Shown piece by piece: positions 38,831 to 48,367 of a DNA stretch of 55,643 nucleotides (positions are counted from its first letter, which is position 1; every line of letters begins with the position of its first letter). The DNA is from a virus (Duplodnaviria > Caudoviricetes). The position numbers and the translations under genes are program-made. Where the stretch lies: IMG/VR virus record IMGVR_UViG_3300032331_001807, positions 1-55,643 of that record; one strand, 5' to 3'. The notes below the pieces were generated by a model. The model saw only the letters and a program-made list of their open reading frames with translations. It was not told the origin of the DNA and searched no databases.

Positions 38831-39751
38831 CTACGCCCACGTCACTTGCAACGCCGAGCCATTCACCGTCAGAACGTCGCCCACCGTCCCGCCTGTGACG
38901 GACATCCGCACCTCGTACAGGGTCGGAGCCAGAGGGGATGGGACGGGGGCGCTGTACGAAGCCGGGGAGGTCGTGTTGATCGGACCCAAGCTCACCAATA
39001 GCGAGGGTGCCGCCGTCACGTCCCAGAGCTCGATGGTCCCTGTCTGCGCCGGGGCCGTGCTCACCGCCGCCGTGGCGATGAAGTTCCACGTTGTCGTCCT
39101 GCCCGTGAAGGTGTACGCGGTGTCCACGATGGCACCGGGGGAGCCTCCCACGGCCACCGTCCCGAGCGTCCCGTCCACCGACACGAGTCCCGAGAGCGGG
39201 ATGTACGCCGGGGGGAACGCTGGCATTGCGTGGACGTGTCCCGCATCGCTCACGTCCCCCGTGCTCCCGGCGGATGCTGTCCCGAGGTCTTGCGGGTTGG
39301 AGCTCGACAGTTGGACGACGCCAGCCGCCGACGTGGTGGCGGCATCCACCGAGAGGTTGAGGTCTCCCGAGAGACCTCCACCGCCCGACAGAGGGGAGGT
39401 GGTGTTGACGTTCCGGGTCGTGGGGACTGCGCCCACGTCACTGGCCGAGGGGAACGGGTGAACGTGATCGAGACGGGCCACGTCCGACGAAGACCCCGGC
39501 GCGGCCAAAGACCCAAGGGATGCCGGATTGCTGACCGTGAGGGCAGTCGTCGGAATCGCCCCCACGTCGCCCGCGTTGGGCATCTGGTGGACGTGATCCG
39601 ACGCGCTCGCATTCAGTGCGCTGCCGGGAGCGGGCGACCCCAAGTTCTGTGGGTTGCTCGTGCTGATCGTGCGAAGGCTTCCCGTCCCTTGAGGGCCGTC
39701 CGTCGTGAGCGTGGTGGGCGTGGTCGTGAGTACCGGGTACCGAGTGGTCAT
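38831..39751 (-). CDS. tail fibre-like protein with HxH repeats
   Basis: Three SNPxxLG...(D/G)HVH repeats. Confidence 0.7.
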   Translation of the reverse strand: MTTRYPVLTTTPTTLTTDGPQGTGSLRTISTSNPQNLGSPAPGSALNASASDHVHQMPNAGDVGAIPTTALTVSNPASLGSLAAPGSSSDVARLDHVHPFPSASDVGAVPTTRNVNTTSPLSGGGGLSGDLNLSVDAATTSAAGVVQLSSSNPQDLGTASAGSTGDVSDAGHVHAMPAFPPAYIPLSGLVSVDGTLGTVAVGGSPGAIVDTAYTFTGRTTTWNFIATAAVSTAPAQTGTIELWDVTAAPSLLVSLGPINTTSPASYSAPVPSPLAPTLYEVRMSVTGGTVGDVLTVNGSALQVTWA

Positions 39752-39752
39752 G

Positions 39753-40898
39753 TCAGTTCACCAGTGCCGTGCCCGCGAGGTTCCAGCGCACGTTGGTAGC
39801 CGCCGCCCCGGTGACCTTCACCAACACGTTGGGCGCGGTGGCCGTCACCGTCACCGTCCACACGGTTCCCGGGTCCGTGGGAGTGATGACCACGTCCCGA
39901 ACCGTCACCACGCCCGCCGCGTTCGTGACCGTCGCCCACACCTTGAACGCCACCTGCGCGGAGAGGTCCGTCTTGTAGGCGTTGACGGTGAGGTCGTAGA
40001 AGTGCGCCCGGTTCGCCGTCGTGGGGGTGACCGTGAGGGTTTGAGTCACGGCGTTGGTGGTCAGCAACGTCGCCGTGGGGAGCACATCCGTCCAAGGCAC
40101 CGGGGGATCACCGAGGATCACCAAGTCGGCGTTGCCCAGCAACACCATGCTGGCCGAGCCCAAGAACGTGATCGAGTCCGCGACGAGGTACTGGCACCCG
40201 TCGGGGACCGTCACCACTTCCGGGTCGGGGATGACCTTCCGGGTGAGCCCCGGCACCCCGCCGCTACCGCCACCGACGGAGTTCCAGCCCCACGCGCTGC
40301 CGTCGTAGTAGCAGAGGGTGAGGGCGCTCGTGTCCGTCGCCCAGTAGAACACCCCTTGGTAGTACGGACCCGCTGTCGGTCGAGACGCAAGGGTGCCCGA
40401 GAGGGTCGTGCTACCCCACTCCGGGTTGACGACCCCGGCGCGGAGGGACTGACCGAGGGTGCCGAGGGGCAACCGTTCCGAGGTGGTGATCCCACGGAAC
40501 AGGAGGTCGCCCTGCGTCGTGAGGAGGGACTGCGGGATCGCCCCGATGACCGAGGGCGTCACCGGGCTCCACGTCCCGTCGCCCCTCAAGAAGTTGCCAC
40601 GGCTGGCGACGGGCGTCGTGGGGACGAGGCCCCGCTCCCCGCTCTCCGTCGGAGACGCACCCGTGAACGTGCGACCCACCGGGGCTTGGTTGAGGTTCGT
40701 GCCCGAGACGAACTGCGTGGTGACACGCCCCGCGATGAGTAGGGAGTTGAGGCTCCCGTACTCCAGCGAGTTCTGCACGTCGTTGACGTACAGGAGGTCG
40801 CGAGACTCGCCCGGTGCCAGCGGGGCCAACGACGGCAAGTCGGGCACCGCCACAACAGAGGCGGACACGTTCGTGAGTCGGAGGGTTAGGCCGCGCAT
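39753..40898 (-). CDS. putative fibre/virion structural protein
   Basis: GERGLVP, FLRGDGTW and GDLLFRG...LPLGTLGQ fibre-shaft motifs. Confidence 0.65.
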   Translation of the reverse strand: MRGLTLRLTNVSASVVAVPDLPSLAPLAPGESRDLLYVNDVQNSLEYGSLNSLLIAGRVTTQFVSGTNLNQAPVGRTFTGASPTESGERGLVPTTPVASRGNFLRGDGTWSPVTPSVIGAIPQSLLTTQGDLLFRGITTSERLPLGTLGQSLRAGVVNPEWGSTTLSGTLASRPTAGPYYQGVFYWATDTSALTLCYYDGSAWGWNSVGGGSGGVPGLTRKVIPDPEVVTVPDGCQYLVADSITFLGSASMVLLGNADLVILGDPPVPWTDVLPTATLLTTNAVTQTLTVTPTTANRAHFYDLTVNAYKTDLSAQVAFKVWATVTNAAGVVTVRDVVITPTDPGTVWTVTVTATAPNVLVKVTGAAATNVRWNLAGTALVN

Positions 40899-40995
40899 CT
40901 ATATCTCGTGTTCCGAAATGCACCGCGCCCCCCGTACAGCGGGAGCTATACGAGGGGCACCATAGAACCATTAGGGAGCGCGGACTCCCCCGAGG

Positions 40996-41211
40996 TCACA
41001 CCCGCACGGGCGGGGTGCGCGCCGCCGCCGCGTGGATGGCGTCCCACATCGCCCGGTGGTAATCCGGGCCGACCGTCGGGCTGACGCCCACGGGGATCTC
41101 GTAGACGCCGTCCTCGTCCCGCTCGTAGGTCCAGCGGACGAGCTCGACGCCGCCGTTGATGACGAAGGTGGTGGAGTTGATGGCGTAGCGGGTGCGGGGG
41201 TTGTAGCTCAT
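40996..41211 (-). CDS. small hypothetical protein (probably leaderless)
   Basis: ATG sits 7 nt after the CGTGG box of a class-1 promoter. Confidence 0.7.
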   Translation of the reverse strand: MSYNPRTRYAINSTTFVINGGVELVRWTYERDEDGVYEIPVGVSPTVGPDYHRAMWDAIHAAAARTPPVRV

Positions 41212-41218
41212 GTCATCA

Positions 41219-41253
41219 CCACGGAGGCACCCCCTCACCCGTAACCGGGAATC
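41219..41253 (-). promoter_or_regulatory. class-1 promoter
   Basis: GATTCCCGGTTAC-N17-CGTGG on the minus strand. Confidence 0.75.
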
Positions 41254-41254
41254 G

Positions 41255-42793
41255 TCACTTGGCGAGCACGACACCCGTGAGCAGCACCTCGCACGCCACG
41301 GACATCGCCGCCCGGAGAGACCCCAGCACCACGCCCACGGGGTCTGCCACGGCGGGGGCCTCCCAGAAGTTCTCCACCGACTCCCGCACCGGGCACCAAC
41401 CCACCCACGGGTCGTCCCCCAAGTTGCCCAAGGCGTCGAACGACACGCCCGCCCGAGCACACAGAACCCGTGCAGGCTCCTCCAGCGCCCGTGACAATAC
41501 GCTACCAGCCATGCTGTGACGTAACTCGTCTTGCACGCTAACATAGTGTAGTGTACGGCCAGCCCCCGGAACCACCCCTCCCTTGAGGGTCTCGCGGACG
41601 GCGTGGAGGGTGTCTTCGACTCTCGACCGTCGTTCCACGGCCTCGGCGTTCGTGTAGCCGCCGACCTTGAGGACGCACAGGCCACCGTCCATCGCACCTG
41701 CCCTCTCCCGGTACCTGTCTCGGTCGTAGTCGGAGGTTGTCTCGTCCGCACGTCGAAGGAGCTCTGCTACCCGTGCGGCGATACGGTCTTCCGAATCGGG
41801 GTAGGAGAGGATCTCCGTGCGGTTCTTCTCGACGGTGATCTTCCGGGCGCAGCCGAGCCACTCGGCCTTGAAGTTCTGCACGTTGTCACCCGCGACGGGG
41901 TCCACCAAGAGGCAGTTTGAGACCGCCGCCACGTCCTCCAACCAATCGTGGGTTTCGTAGAGGGAGGGGTTGAGGTAGGTGACGGCGATGCAGGGGAGCA
42001 CCCCCTTGGCGTCGTTCATCACCATCGTCGTGAGGGCGCTCCCACCCAGCCTCGGGCAGAACAGCACGAGCCCGCGCCCCGGCCACTGGGAGGCTTCCTC
42101 CATGAGCGTCTGCACGTCGTCGAACGAGAGCAGGGGCGCGTTGACCACGGCCACCAACGGGCCGTCGAACACCCTCGGCACCCCGTCGCCCTTCGCCATC
42201 GCGACTGCTGCCCATCCCACGTCGAGCACCAGCCCGTCCCGGTAGTCGGCCTCGATGCCCACCCCGTCACCGGGCTGGATCAACACGGTGCCGTTCTCAC
42301 CGACCCGCAGGACGGCGTCCACCACCGTGGAGCTCACCAACTCGTCGCCGTGGGAGGCCATGAGGGCCACGCGGCGCAGGACGGCCTCGTCGGGCTCCCG
42401 GGCCATCTCGGTGATGAGGCTCTCGACGGGGTGGAGATAGTCGCGCAGTTCTTGGACGAGGGCCACCGGGTTCCACGTCCGAGGGGTGTAATGGTCCAGC
42501 GCAGCTTGGACCAGAGCATTTGCCAACAGGATGGTGGTGCTCGTACCATCCCCCGAACTGCCATCCACCACGGAGGTCGCCGCACGAACCAGAGAAACAC
42601 CGAGTCTCTCGTACCCTTGAAAACGTACCTCACGCGCAAGTGATGACCCATCGGTCGTCACCAGCACTCTGCCCTTCTTGTCCACTGCCACCTTGGACCC
42701 GTGTGGCCCGTAGGTGGTCGCTACCAGCTTTGCAAGCTCCGTCATCCCGCGCGTGAGGGACCCCAATGCGCGCTTGCCTTCGATGACCTTCAT
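41255..42793 (-). CDS. GroEL-like chaperonin, divergent
   Basis: TYGPHG, VTTDG, GDGTSTT, LKVGG, RVEDTLHAVR, GGVVPGAG, DPVGVV. Confidence 0.88.
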   Translation of the reverse strand: MKVIEGKRALGSLTRGMTELAKLVATTYGPHGSKVAVDKKGRVLVTTDGSSLAREVRFQGYERLGVSLVRAATSVVDGSSGDGTSTTILLANALVQAALDHYTPRTWNPVALVQELRDYLHPVESLITEMAREPDEAVLRRVALMASHGDELVSSTVVDAVLRVGENGTVLIQPGDGVGIEADYRDGLVLDVGWAAVAMAKGDGVPRVFDGPLVAVVNAPLLSFDDVQTLMEEASQWPGRGLVLFCPRLGGSALTTMVMNDAKGVLPCIAVTYLNPSLYETHDWLEDVAAVSNCLLVDPVAGDNVQNFKAEWLGCARKITVEKNRTEILSYPDSEDRIAARVAELLRRADETTSDYDRDRYRERAGAMDGGLCVLKVGGYTNAEAVERRSRVEDTLHAVRETLKGGVVPGAGRTLHYVSVQDELRHSMAGSVLSRALEEPARVLCARAGVSFDALGNLGDDPWVGWCPVRESVENFWEAPAVADPVGVVLGSLRAAMSVACEVLLTGVVLAK

Positions 42794-42847
42794 CACGCGG
42801 ATTTTACCGCACGAGGTCACCGAGGGGAGTGCGAGAAGGACTCCACC

Positions 42848-43333
42848 ATGACTGAATCCATCGTAGCCCTTTGGCTCACGGTGATGCTCTCCTTCGCCCG
42901 CCACGAGCCTCGTGAGCGGTTGGAGACCATCGCCCGTACCGTCGTCGAAGCGACGAGTGACCCGCAGGAGCAAGCTCTCCTGCTGACCATCTCGTTCTAC
43001 GAGACGGGGTTTGGCCGAGCGGGCATTCCCTTTGGCCTCTCGTCGGTGAACCGCCGGGGACACACGCTGGCGGACGACTCCCAGTCGTCCCTGCGTATCC
43101 TCCGACGGTCCTACGCCCGCTGCGAGCGTGGCTTGGCCCAGATCCTCGGGCACTACCACCACGGCAACGGGTGCCGACCAGACCCGTACTCCTACAACGA
43201 GGCCGAGACCGTCCGCCGCATGGTGGGCCTCTACTACCGTCGCGCCTACGCCACCGGGGTCACAGTGTCCCCGGCACCAGTGTTCCTTCGGTACGCCGAC
43301 AATCGGCCCCGACCGGGAGGTAGGCGACGCTGA
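42848..43333 (+). CDS. hypothetical protein, possibly lytic transglycosylase-like
   Basis: AAGGA RBS; ISFYETGF and HYHHG resemble lysozyme-like motifs; hydrophobic N-terminus. Confidence 0.45.
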   Translation: MTESIVALWLTVMLSFARHEPRERLETIARTVVEATSDPQEQALLLTISFYETGFGRAGIPFGLSSVNRRGHTLADDSQSSLRILRRSYARCERGLAQILGHYHHGNGCRPDPYSYNEAETVRRMVGLYYRRAYATGVTVSPAPVFLRYADNRPRPGGRRR

Positions 43334-43359
43334 CGGTAGAAGGACGGCCCCGGGAGCGT

Positions 43360-44085
43360 GTGTCCCCGGGGCCGTTCGCTTTCGTAGAGTCCCAGACCGT
43401 GCCCAAGGGTGTTCACAAGCGAGGGTTGCTGGAGCGCCCCATCCGAACCTTTGAGGCGTTCGCCGCCAACGACCGCAACATCGGCCACGACTTCTGGCTC
43501 TTCCACGGCATCAACTACCTCTCGGGCAACCCGTTCCCCGGCATCTACCGAGGGGACCAGATTTTCCGAGGGCGGATCTTCACCCACATCATGGACGCGC
43601 ACCTCGACGCGGAGGGAGCCCTCACCCCGCGAGGGCGGGAGTGCCTCGTGTGGGCCAGCACCCTCCCCCGCGAGCTCTACCGGGCGTCCGTGTACGTCAA
43701 GGCGTTCGCCCGGAAGTACAAGCGCGACCCGCTGAAGCCCGACGACCCCTACGTCGAGATGGCCATCGTCGCCGTGGCAGAACTCATGGTCGCGCCGACC
43801 AGCGGGTGGGGCCGGAAAGACCCGCCGACGGCGAGGGAGTACTACTTCCGCCCGTCTCTGCTGTACCACTGGCAGATCGCCCGCGCCGCCAAGAACGTGC
43901 TGCGCCACGACCCCCGCAGTCGCGAGGGGTGGGCGTTCTGGGCCGACCTTCATCGTCGGACCATCGAGAAGTACGGGTTGCCCCCCGGCGTCGAGCCCTT
44001 CCGGCTGGACTACAAGGAGCGGAACAACGGCGGGTACTTGGTGGGGATGGGCGACATCCGAGGCCACAAGACCAAGGTGCGCTAG
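43360..44085 (+). CDS. hypothetical protein
   Basis: 241-aa ORF, typical codon bias; start uncertain. Confidence 0.65.
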   Translation: MSPGPFAFVESQTVPKGVHKRGLLERPIRTFEAFAANDRNIGHDFWLFHGINYLSGNPFPGIYRGDQIFRGRIFTHIMDAHLDAEGALTPRGRECLVWASTLPRELYRASVYVKAFARKYKRDPLKPDDPYVEMAIVAVAELMVAPTSGWGRKDPPTAREYYFRPSLLYHWQIARAAKNVLRHDPRSREGWAFWADLHRRTIEKYGLPPGVEPFRLDYKERNNGGYLVGMGDIRGHKTKVR

Positions 44086-45284
44086 CGGATCGCCTTGATC
44101 TGATCGTGGGTGGGGTTGAACACCACCTTGAGGCCAGCCTTGCCAGACGTAGGCGAGGTGATCGGGGTGATCTTCACCTTCACCTTGCGAGCCATATCTG
44201 CCTGCTCGCCCGAGATGGTCAGAGCGATCTCGGCGTTGGGCGTGTCGTTGCCTTGGAAGTACTCCGAGTCCATTGCGTACTGCTCCCCGTAATCGTCCGC
44301 GATGCGTTGTTCAAGTGCCTTCTCGACCGCAGCGAGGCCCGCCGCCGTGAACACCTTGTTCTGGTCGAGGACGTAGGCCACTCCACCCTTCGCCGCGTCG
44401 AACAGCGGTGCCATGTACTGGGCTACGTCGTAGGGGACCATCTTGCCCGCCGTGCCCCACGTCAACGGGACGGCCATCGCGTTCCCCTCGTACACGGGCT
44501 TGTAGCCCTTGGGTTGACGCAGTGCAGCGAAGTGGTCGGTGCTGGCCACCCTCACTCCCACCTCTTGGAATCGGGCTTTGACCGGGTCTGGTACGTCTAC
44601 TGGAGAGAGAACCTTCCACCGAAGCAGATCCCTCTCTGGGAGAGTTGTCTGCTTGGCTTTGCTGGGTTTGGTGCTGTCCACCCAGACGATGGTCACGATG
44701 TGCCCCTTGGCCGTGTTGCTCTTGGTCACCGAAGAGGGGATGAACCAGAACTCGTGCCCCGCCGCTTCGTCGGTGAACACCTTCCCCAATTGGGTCTCCA
44801 ACCACGTCTTCGCCGGGGGGAGCGCAGCGGTCTTCGCGCTCGCCGCCTTGGGGCGGTTGCGCTGACGGAGCAGGTACAGCGCCGTCTCGTGAGCGTTCGC
44901 CGTCGCCATGAGGAAGTCGTCGAGGCCGAGGGACATCTCCCCGCTGGCCTTGAGCTCGTCGTAGGCGAGCTTGAGCGCCCGCTGGAGGTGCTCCTCCATG
45001 AGCAGGGCGCACTGGTAGGGGTTGTCCCCCACGCCCGACGCCGCGTGGTTGGCGACGAACTTGTGCGTGTCCGAGAGGAGCGACAGGTTCGTGATCGCGC
45101 CCGGGCCGTAGATCCCGACGATCTTCTCGGCCAGCGTGTCGATCTCCTCGCCCACAGCCTCGTAGAGCTTCTGGAAGAGCAGGTGGTCCCCGTAGAACGG
45201 CTCGCCACGGACCTTCCAGTGGGCGGTCTGGTGCGACCACTGAAGGGCGCGGAGGATGGCGAGAAGTTGCAGCAGGATATTCAT
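44082..45284 (-). CDS. Dps/ferritin-like domain fused to further modules
   Basis: HQTAHWKVRGEPFYGDHLLFQKLYE...IDTLAEK. Confidence 0.75.
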   Translation of the reverse strand: MNILLQLLAILRALQWSHQTAHWKVRGEPFYGDHLLFQKLYEAVGEEIDTLAEKIVGIYGPGAITNLSLLSDTHKFVANHAASGVGDNPYQCALLMEEHLQRALKLAYDELKASGEMSLGLDDFLMATANAHETALYLLRQRNRPKAASAKTAALPPAKTWLETQLGKVFTDEAAGHEFWFIPSSVTKSNTAKGHIVTIVWVDSTKPSKAKQTTLPERDLLRWKVLSPVDVPDPVKARFQEVGVRVASTDHFAALRQPKGYKPVYEGNAMAVPLTWGTAGKMVPYDVAQYMAPLFDAAKGGVAYVLDQNKVFTAAGLAAVEKALEQRIADDYGEQYAMDSEYFQGNDTPNAEIALTISGEQADMARKVKVKITPITSPTSGKAGLKVVFNPTHDQIKAIR

Positions 45285-45299
45285 GGGTGAGAGGTTCCT

Positions 45300-45581
45300 T
45301 CAGAGTTTGAGGATGTACTTCGCGTAAATGCGGTCGATCTCCTCGTCGGTGGCGTCTTCCAGCACTACGGTGTTGTAACCCTCGACGGCGAGCATGATCT
45401 TGTGCTTCCCGCCACGGACCATCCCATCACCGATCCCTTTGAACCTCTTGAAGATCTCGGCAACCTTCTTCTTTCGGTCCGCAGGGGGCATAGCCGCTTC
45501 CTTCAGGAGAGGGAGAAGGTGGGGGCGGAACTCTGGGCGCTGGTGCGCGAGCCGGATGACCTTGGAACGAAGAGTGCTCAT
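45300..45581 (-). CDS. putative virion internal protein with shared leader
   Basis: MSTLRSKVIRLAHQRPEFRPHLLPLLKEA. Confidence 0.8.
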   Translation of the reverse strand: MSTLRSKVIRLAHQRPEFRPHLLPLLKEAAMPPADRKKKVAEIFKRFKGIGDGMVRGGKHKIMLAVEGYNTVVLEDATDEEIDRIYAKYILKL

Positions 45582-45596
45582 GTGTTGGGTTTCTTC

Positions 45597-46415
45597 TCAG
45601 CGCAGGACGGATTTGAGGTAGTCGAACCACACGTCGTCCCGCGCCCACTGGGTTGCTTGGCTGTCAATCGCGTCGAGGTCCACGCCCTTGGACTTGACGT
45701 AGGCGTCCACGGCGTCGAGGTTGAGGAGCTTCTCGTAGAGCTTTCCCGTGACGTAGGACTTCATCTGCCGCTCGACGGGAAATCCACCGGGGTCTGCCTT
45801 GAAGCCCAACGGGGTCGCACCCCGCTCCACATCCCGAACCGCCCGGTCCATCACGGGGCGGACCTTCGTGTCGAAGTACTCTCGCACGAGGGCGTCCACG
45901 TCACGCTGGGCGTTGGTCTTGGTCTCCTCGACCCACTGCTCCAGCGCACGGGTGTGGGCATCCTCTTGGGCGCGCATCGCCGTCTCGATGGCCCGGAACT
46001 GGGCACCCGACACACGGTTGAGCTCGCCCTTCTTGTCGAGCTTCACGAGGAGGGCGGTCTGGGACTTGGCCGACCCATACTCCTTCTCGTTGCCGTCCGA
46101 CACCCGCCACATGGCCAGAACTTGATGGTCCGTGTCGTAGGCCCAGAGGTACTTCCACGGGTCGTCGGGTCGAACGTGGATGATGCGAGCCCCTTCCTCG
46201 GCCTCCTCGGGGAGCTCCATGAGGTCGCCCATCAGCCCGCCAGAATGGGTGGACAGGACGTACTTGTCGCCCGCGAGGGTCACCGTGTGCGGGTTGCGCG
46301 GCGCGCGGCCCACGAACGGGATCACGTCCCCCGCCGTCTTGAGGAGGGGCAGGAGGAGAGGACGGAGACCGGGCTGGGCATGGGCGAGGCGGATGACCTT
46401 GGATCGCAGGTTCAC
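45597..46415 (-). CDS. putative virion internal protein with shared leader
   Basis: MNLRSKVIRLAHAQPGLRPLLLPLLKTA. Confidence 0.8.
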   Translation of the reverse strand: MNLRSKVIRLAHAQPGLRPLLLPLLKTAGDVIPFVGRAPRNPHTVTLAGDKYVLSTHSGGLMGDLMELPEEAEEGARIIHVRPDDPWKYLWAYDTDHQVLAMWRVSDGNEKEYGSAKSQTALLVKLDKKGELNRVSGAQFRAIETAMRAQEDAHTRALEQWVEETKTNAQRDVDALVREYFDTKVRPVMDRAVRDVERGATPLGFKADPGGFPVERQMKSYVTGKLYEKLLNLDAVDAYVKSKGVDLDAIDSQATQWARDDVWFDYLKSVLR

Positions 46416-46428
46416 GGGAGGAGCTCCT

Positions 46429-47337
46429 TCAGCGCCCGTAGAGGCGGTTTTGCTTCTCGTAGAAGCTCTGCTGGTCCTTCGGGCTCAAGCCCTTGAGGTA
46501 GGCCATGTAGCGGGCGATCCCCACCTTCGCGTCCTGCTCGCCGTCTTGCGTGAGGTCTTCGTAGTCGTAGTGACTGCCCACCCAATCCGCGAGCTCACGC
46601 TGGCTCATCTCCGAGAACACGGCAGACACCACGGGCTCGGGACGACTCGGGAGTTCCCGCACCACGTCGCCCATCCACCTGTCTTGGATCGCGTGGTACT
46701 CGGGAACCGGGATCTGCCACGCCTTCTTCGACGGGTTCCACTTCCACCCGTACTTCTTCATGACCGCGACGAACGGGTAGGTGTTGCCGCTCACGGTCAC
46801 TGTGCCCTCGGTCACGTCGTAGCGACCGGGGTAGGTGTGCTCGACCTTGAGCCCCGCCGCCTCCAGCTTGGGCTGCATCCGTTCAAGCCGCTGCCAGTGC
46901 TCGACGACCTCGCGGTCGTCACCGCCACCACCGGGACGGACCCCACGGTTGAACGCCTCTGCCGCCTCGTTGTGCTTCTTGGCGAGGGCTTGCACCACCG
47001 GGAAGGCAGCTTCTTGGAGCTTGCGGTTCTTGTAGAACTCCGCGTTGCGCCGCCCGCCGTACTTGTACAGCGTCGCGTCGATGCTCCAAACCTTGCTGGC
47101 TGAGTTCCAACGGAAGCCCAGACGCTTGAGCTCGTCACGGTAGTCGAACGTCGGCCCAGCGACATCCAGCACCCAAGAGTCTTCCACGGGGTCGGTCCCG
47201 CCGAAGTCCCCAAGGTTGACGTACTTCACCCGGATGAGTTCTTGGGTGACGCGCGCCGCCTTGAGGAGAGGGAGAAGCTGCGGACGGAGAGACGGCTGCT
47301 GGTGGGCCAGACGGATGAGACGGGTGCGGAGGGTCAT
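46429..47337 (-). CDS. putative virion internal protein with shared leader and two HARP-like/GxTF...GFRWN modules
   Basis: MTLRTRLIRLAHQQPSLRPQLLPLLKAA; GPTFDYRDELKRLGFRWN and GNTYPFVAVMKKYGWKWN. Confidence 0.75.
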   Translation of the reverse strand: MTLRTRLIRLAHQQPSLRPQLLPLLKAARVTQELIRVKYVNLGDFGGTDPVEDSWVLDVAGPTFDYRDELKRLGFRWNSASKVWSIDATLYKYGGRRNAEFYKNRKLQEAAFPVVQALAKKHNEAAEAFNRGVRPGGGGDDREVVEHWQRLERMQPKLEAAGLKVEHTYPGRYDVTEGTVTVSGNTYPFVAVMKKYGWKWNPSKKAWQIPVPEYHAIQDRWMGDVVRELPSRPEPVVSAVFSEMSQRELADWVGSHYDYEDLTQDGEQDAKVGIARYMAYLKGLSPKDQQSFYEKQNRLYGR

Positions 47338-47368
47338 ACCCCCTGCCGGGAATAGACTCTCTACCGGG

Positions 47369-47857
47369 TCACGAGCTCCGGGTCATGGCCCGGGAGTAGT
47401 CCCAAGTGAGCTCCTCGCCAGCTTTGATGCTCCGCATGGCGCGGAACTCGATGGCCGAGAGACCCTGCCGAAGCACACACACGAGGTTGGGTTCCCGCCC
47501 CGTCGTGTCGAAGCGGTCGAAGTTATAGAGGAGCCCCTCGCCAGAAATGATGCACCGCTTCCCGTTCACCCACGGGAACAGGTAGCGGTTCACCGTCGGC
47601 ATGGAGAGGGACTGGAGGGACTCGTCCTCGGGCAACGGCATCACCCAGCACCGCTCGACGGTCACGCCACGCTCGATGTCGTCACGGGCGAACACGCCCC
47701 TGCCACGCTCCCGGCTGATCCACCGGGCGATGATCGGCCACCCGCCCGGAGGTTCCGGCTTCGCCGCCTTGAGGCAATCACCACAGACGAACGCCGCTTT
47801 GTGTTGCCAGTCGTTGGTGGGTGTCGGGCTTTTCAACCCGCAGTCGGGGCAGATCAT
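47369..47857 (-). CDS. SET-domain protein with N-terminal zinc ribbon
   Basis: CPDC...CGDC; GRGVFARDDI; RAMRSIKAGEELTWDY. Confidence 0.85.
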   Translation of the reverse strand: MICPDCGLKSPTPTNDWQHKAAFVCGDCLKAAKPEPPGGWPIIARWISRERGRGVFARDDIERGVTVERCWVMPLPEDESLQSLSMPTVNRYLFPWVNGKRCIISGEGLLYNFDRFDTTGREPNLVCVLRQGLSAIEFRAMRSIKAGEELTWDYSRAMTRSS

Positions 47858-48039
47858 AGCTTCCTTCCCAAGACGTGCAGCATCTTGGCTTGCTGGGAGT
47901 CGAGCCTTCGACCCTCACGGAGCGTCTCACGGAGCTTCTGATACTGGACGTGGTCCTCGGGCGGTAGGGAAGCCAGACGCTTCTCGATCCGATCCAACCA
48001 CCGCTCTGCCTTCTCGTTGGAGAACTTGATCTCGGGCAT
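47854..48039 (-). CDS. hypothetical protein
   Basis: 61-aa coupled ORF. Confidence 0.6.
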   Translation of the reverse strand: MPEIKFSNEKAERWLDRIEKRLASLPPEDHVQYQKLRETLREGRRLDSQQAKMLHVLGRKL

Positions 48040-48040
48040 C

Positions 48041-48319
48041 CTACGGGTGAGGCTCCTTCAGCAGGGCTACCGTACCGACGCGCACCTCACCCCTCGGCAC
48101 CCACTCCCGAATGAACAGGGCCACGAGCTTCCCGTCGGGACGGGCAAGGTGACCGACGCACCCGGACATCATCGTGGCGATGTTCCGGGTCCGCACGAGC
48201 TCCTCGCCCAGCACGTTCCGAAGGTGATCGTTGTAGTCCTCGGGATGGACGACGACGGTCGTACACCCAGAGACGGTAGGGATGAGCCCCCGCAGGAAGT
48301 CCGCGAACTTGGTATCCAT
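48041..48319 (-). CDS. hypothetical protein
   Basis: GAGGA RBS, 92 aa. Confidence 0.65.
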   Translation of the reverse strand: MDTKFADFLRGLIPTVSGCTTVVVHPEDYNDHLRNVLGEELVRTRNIATMMSGCVGHLARPDGKLVALFIREWVPRGEVRVGTVALLKEPHP

Positions 48320-48367
48320 CTCTCGTCCTCGGTGGGCGAGTTACCGTTCACCGATGAGAGCGTCGGA

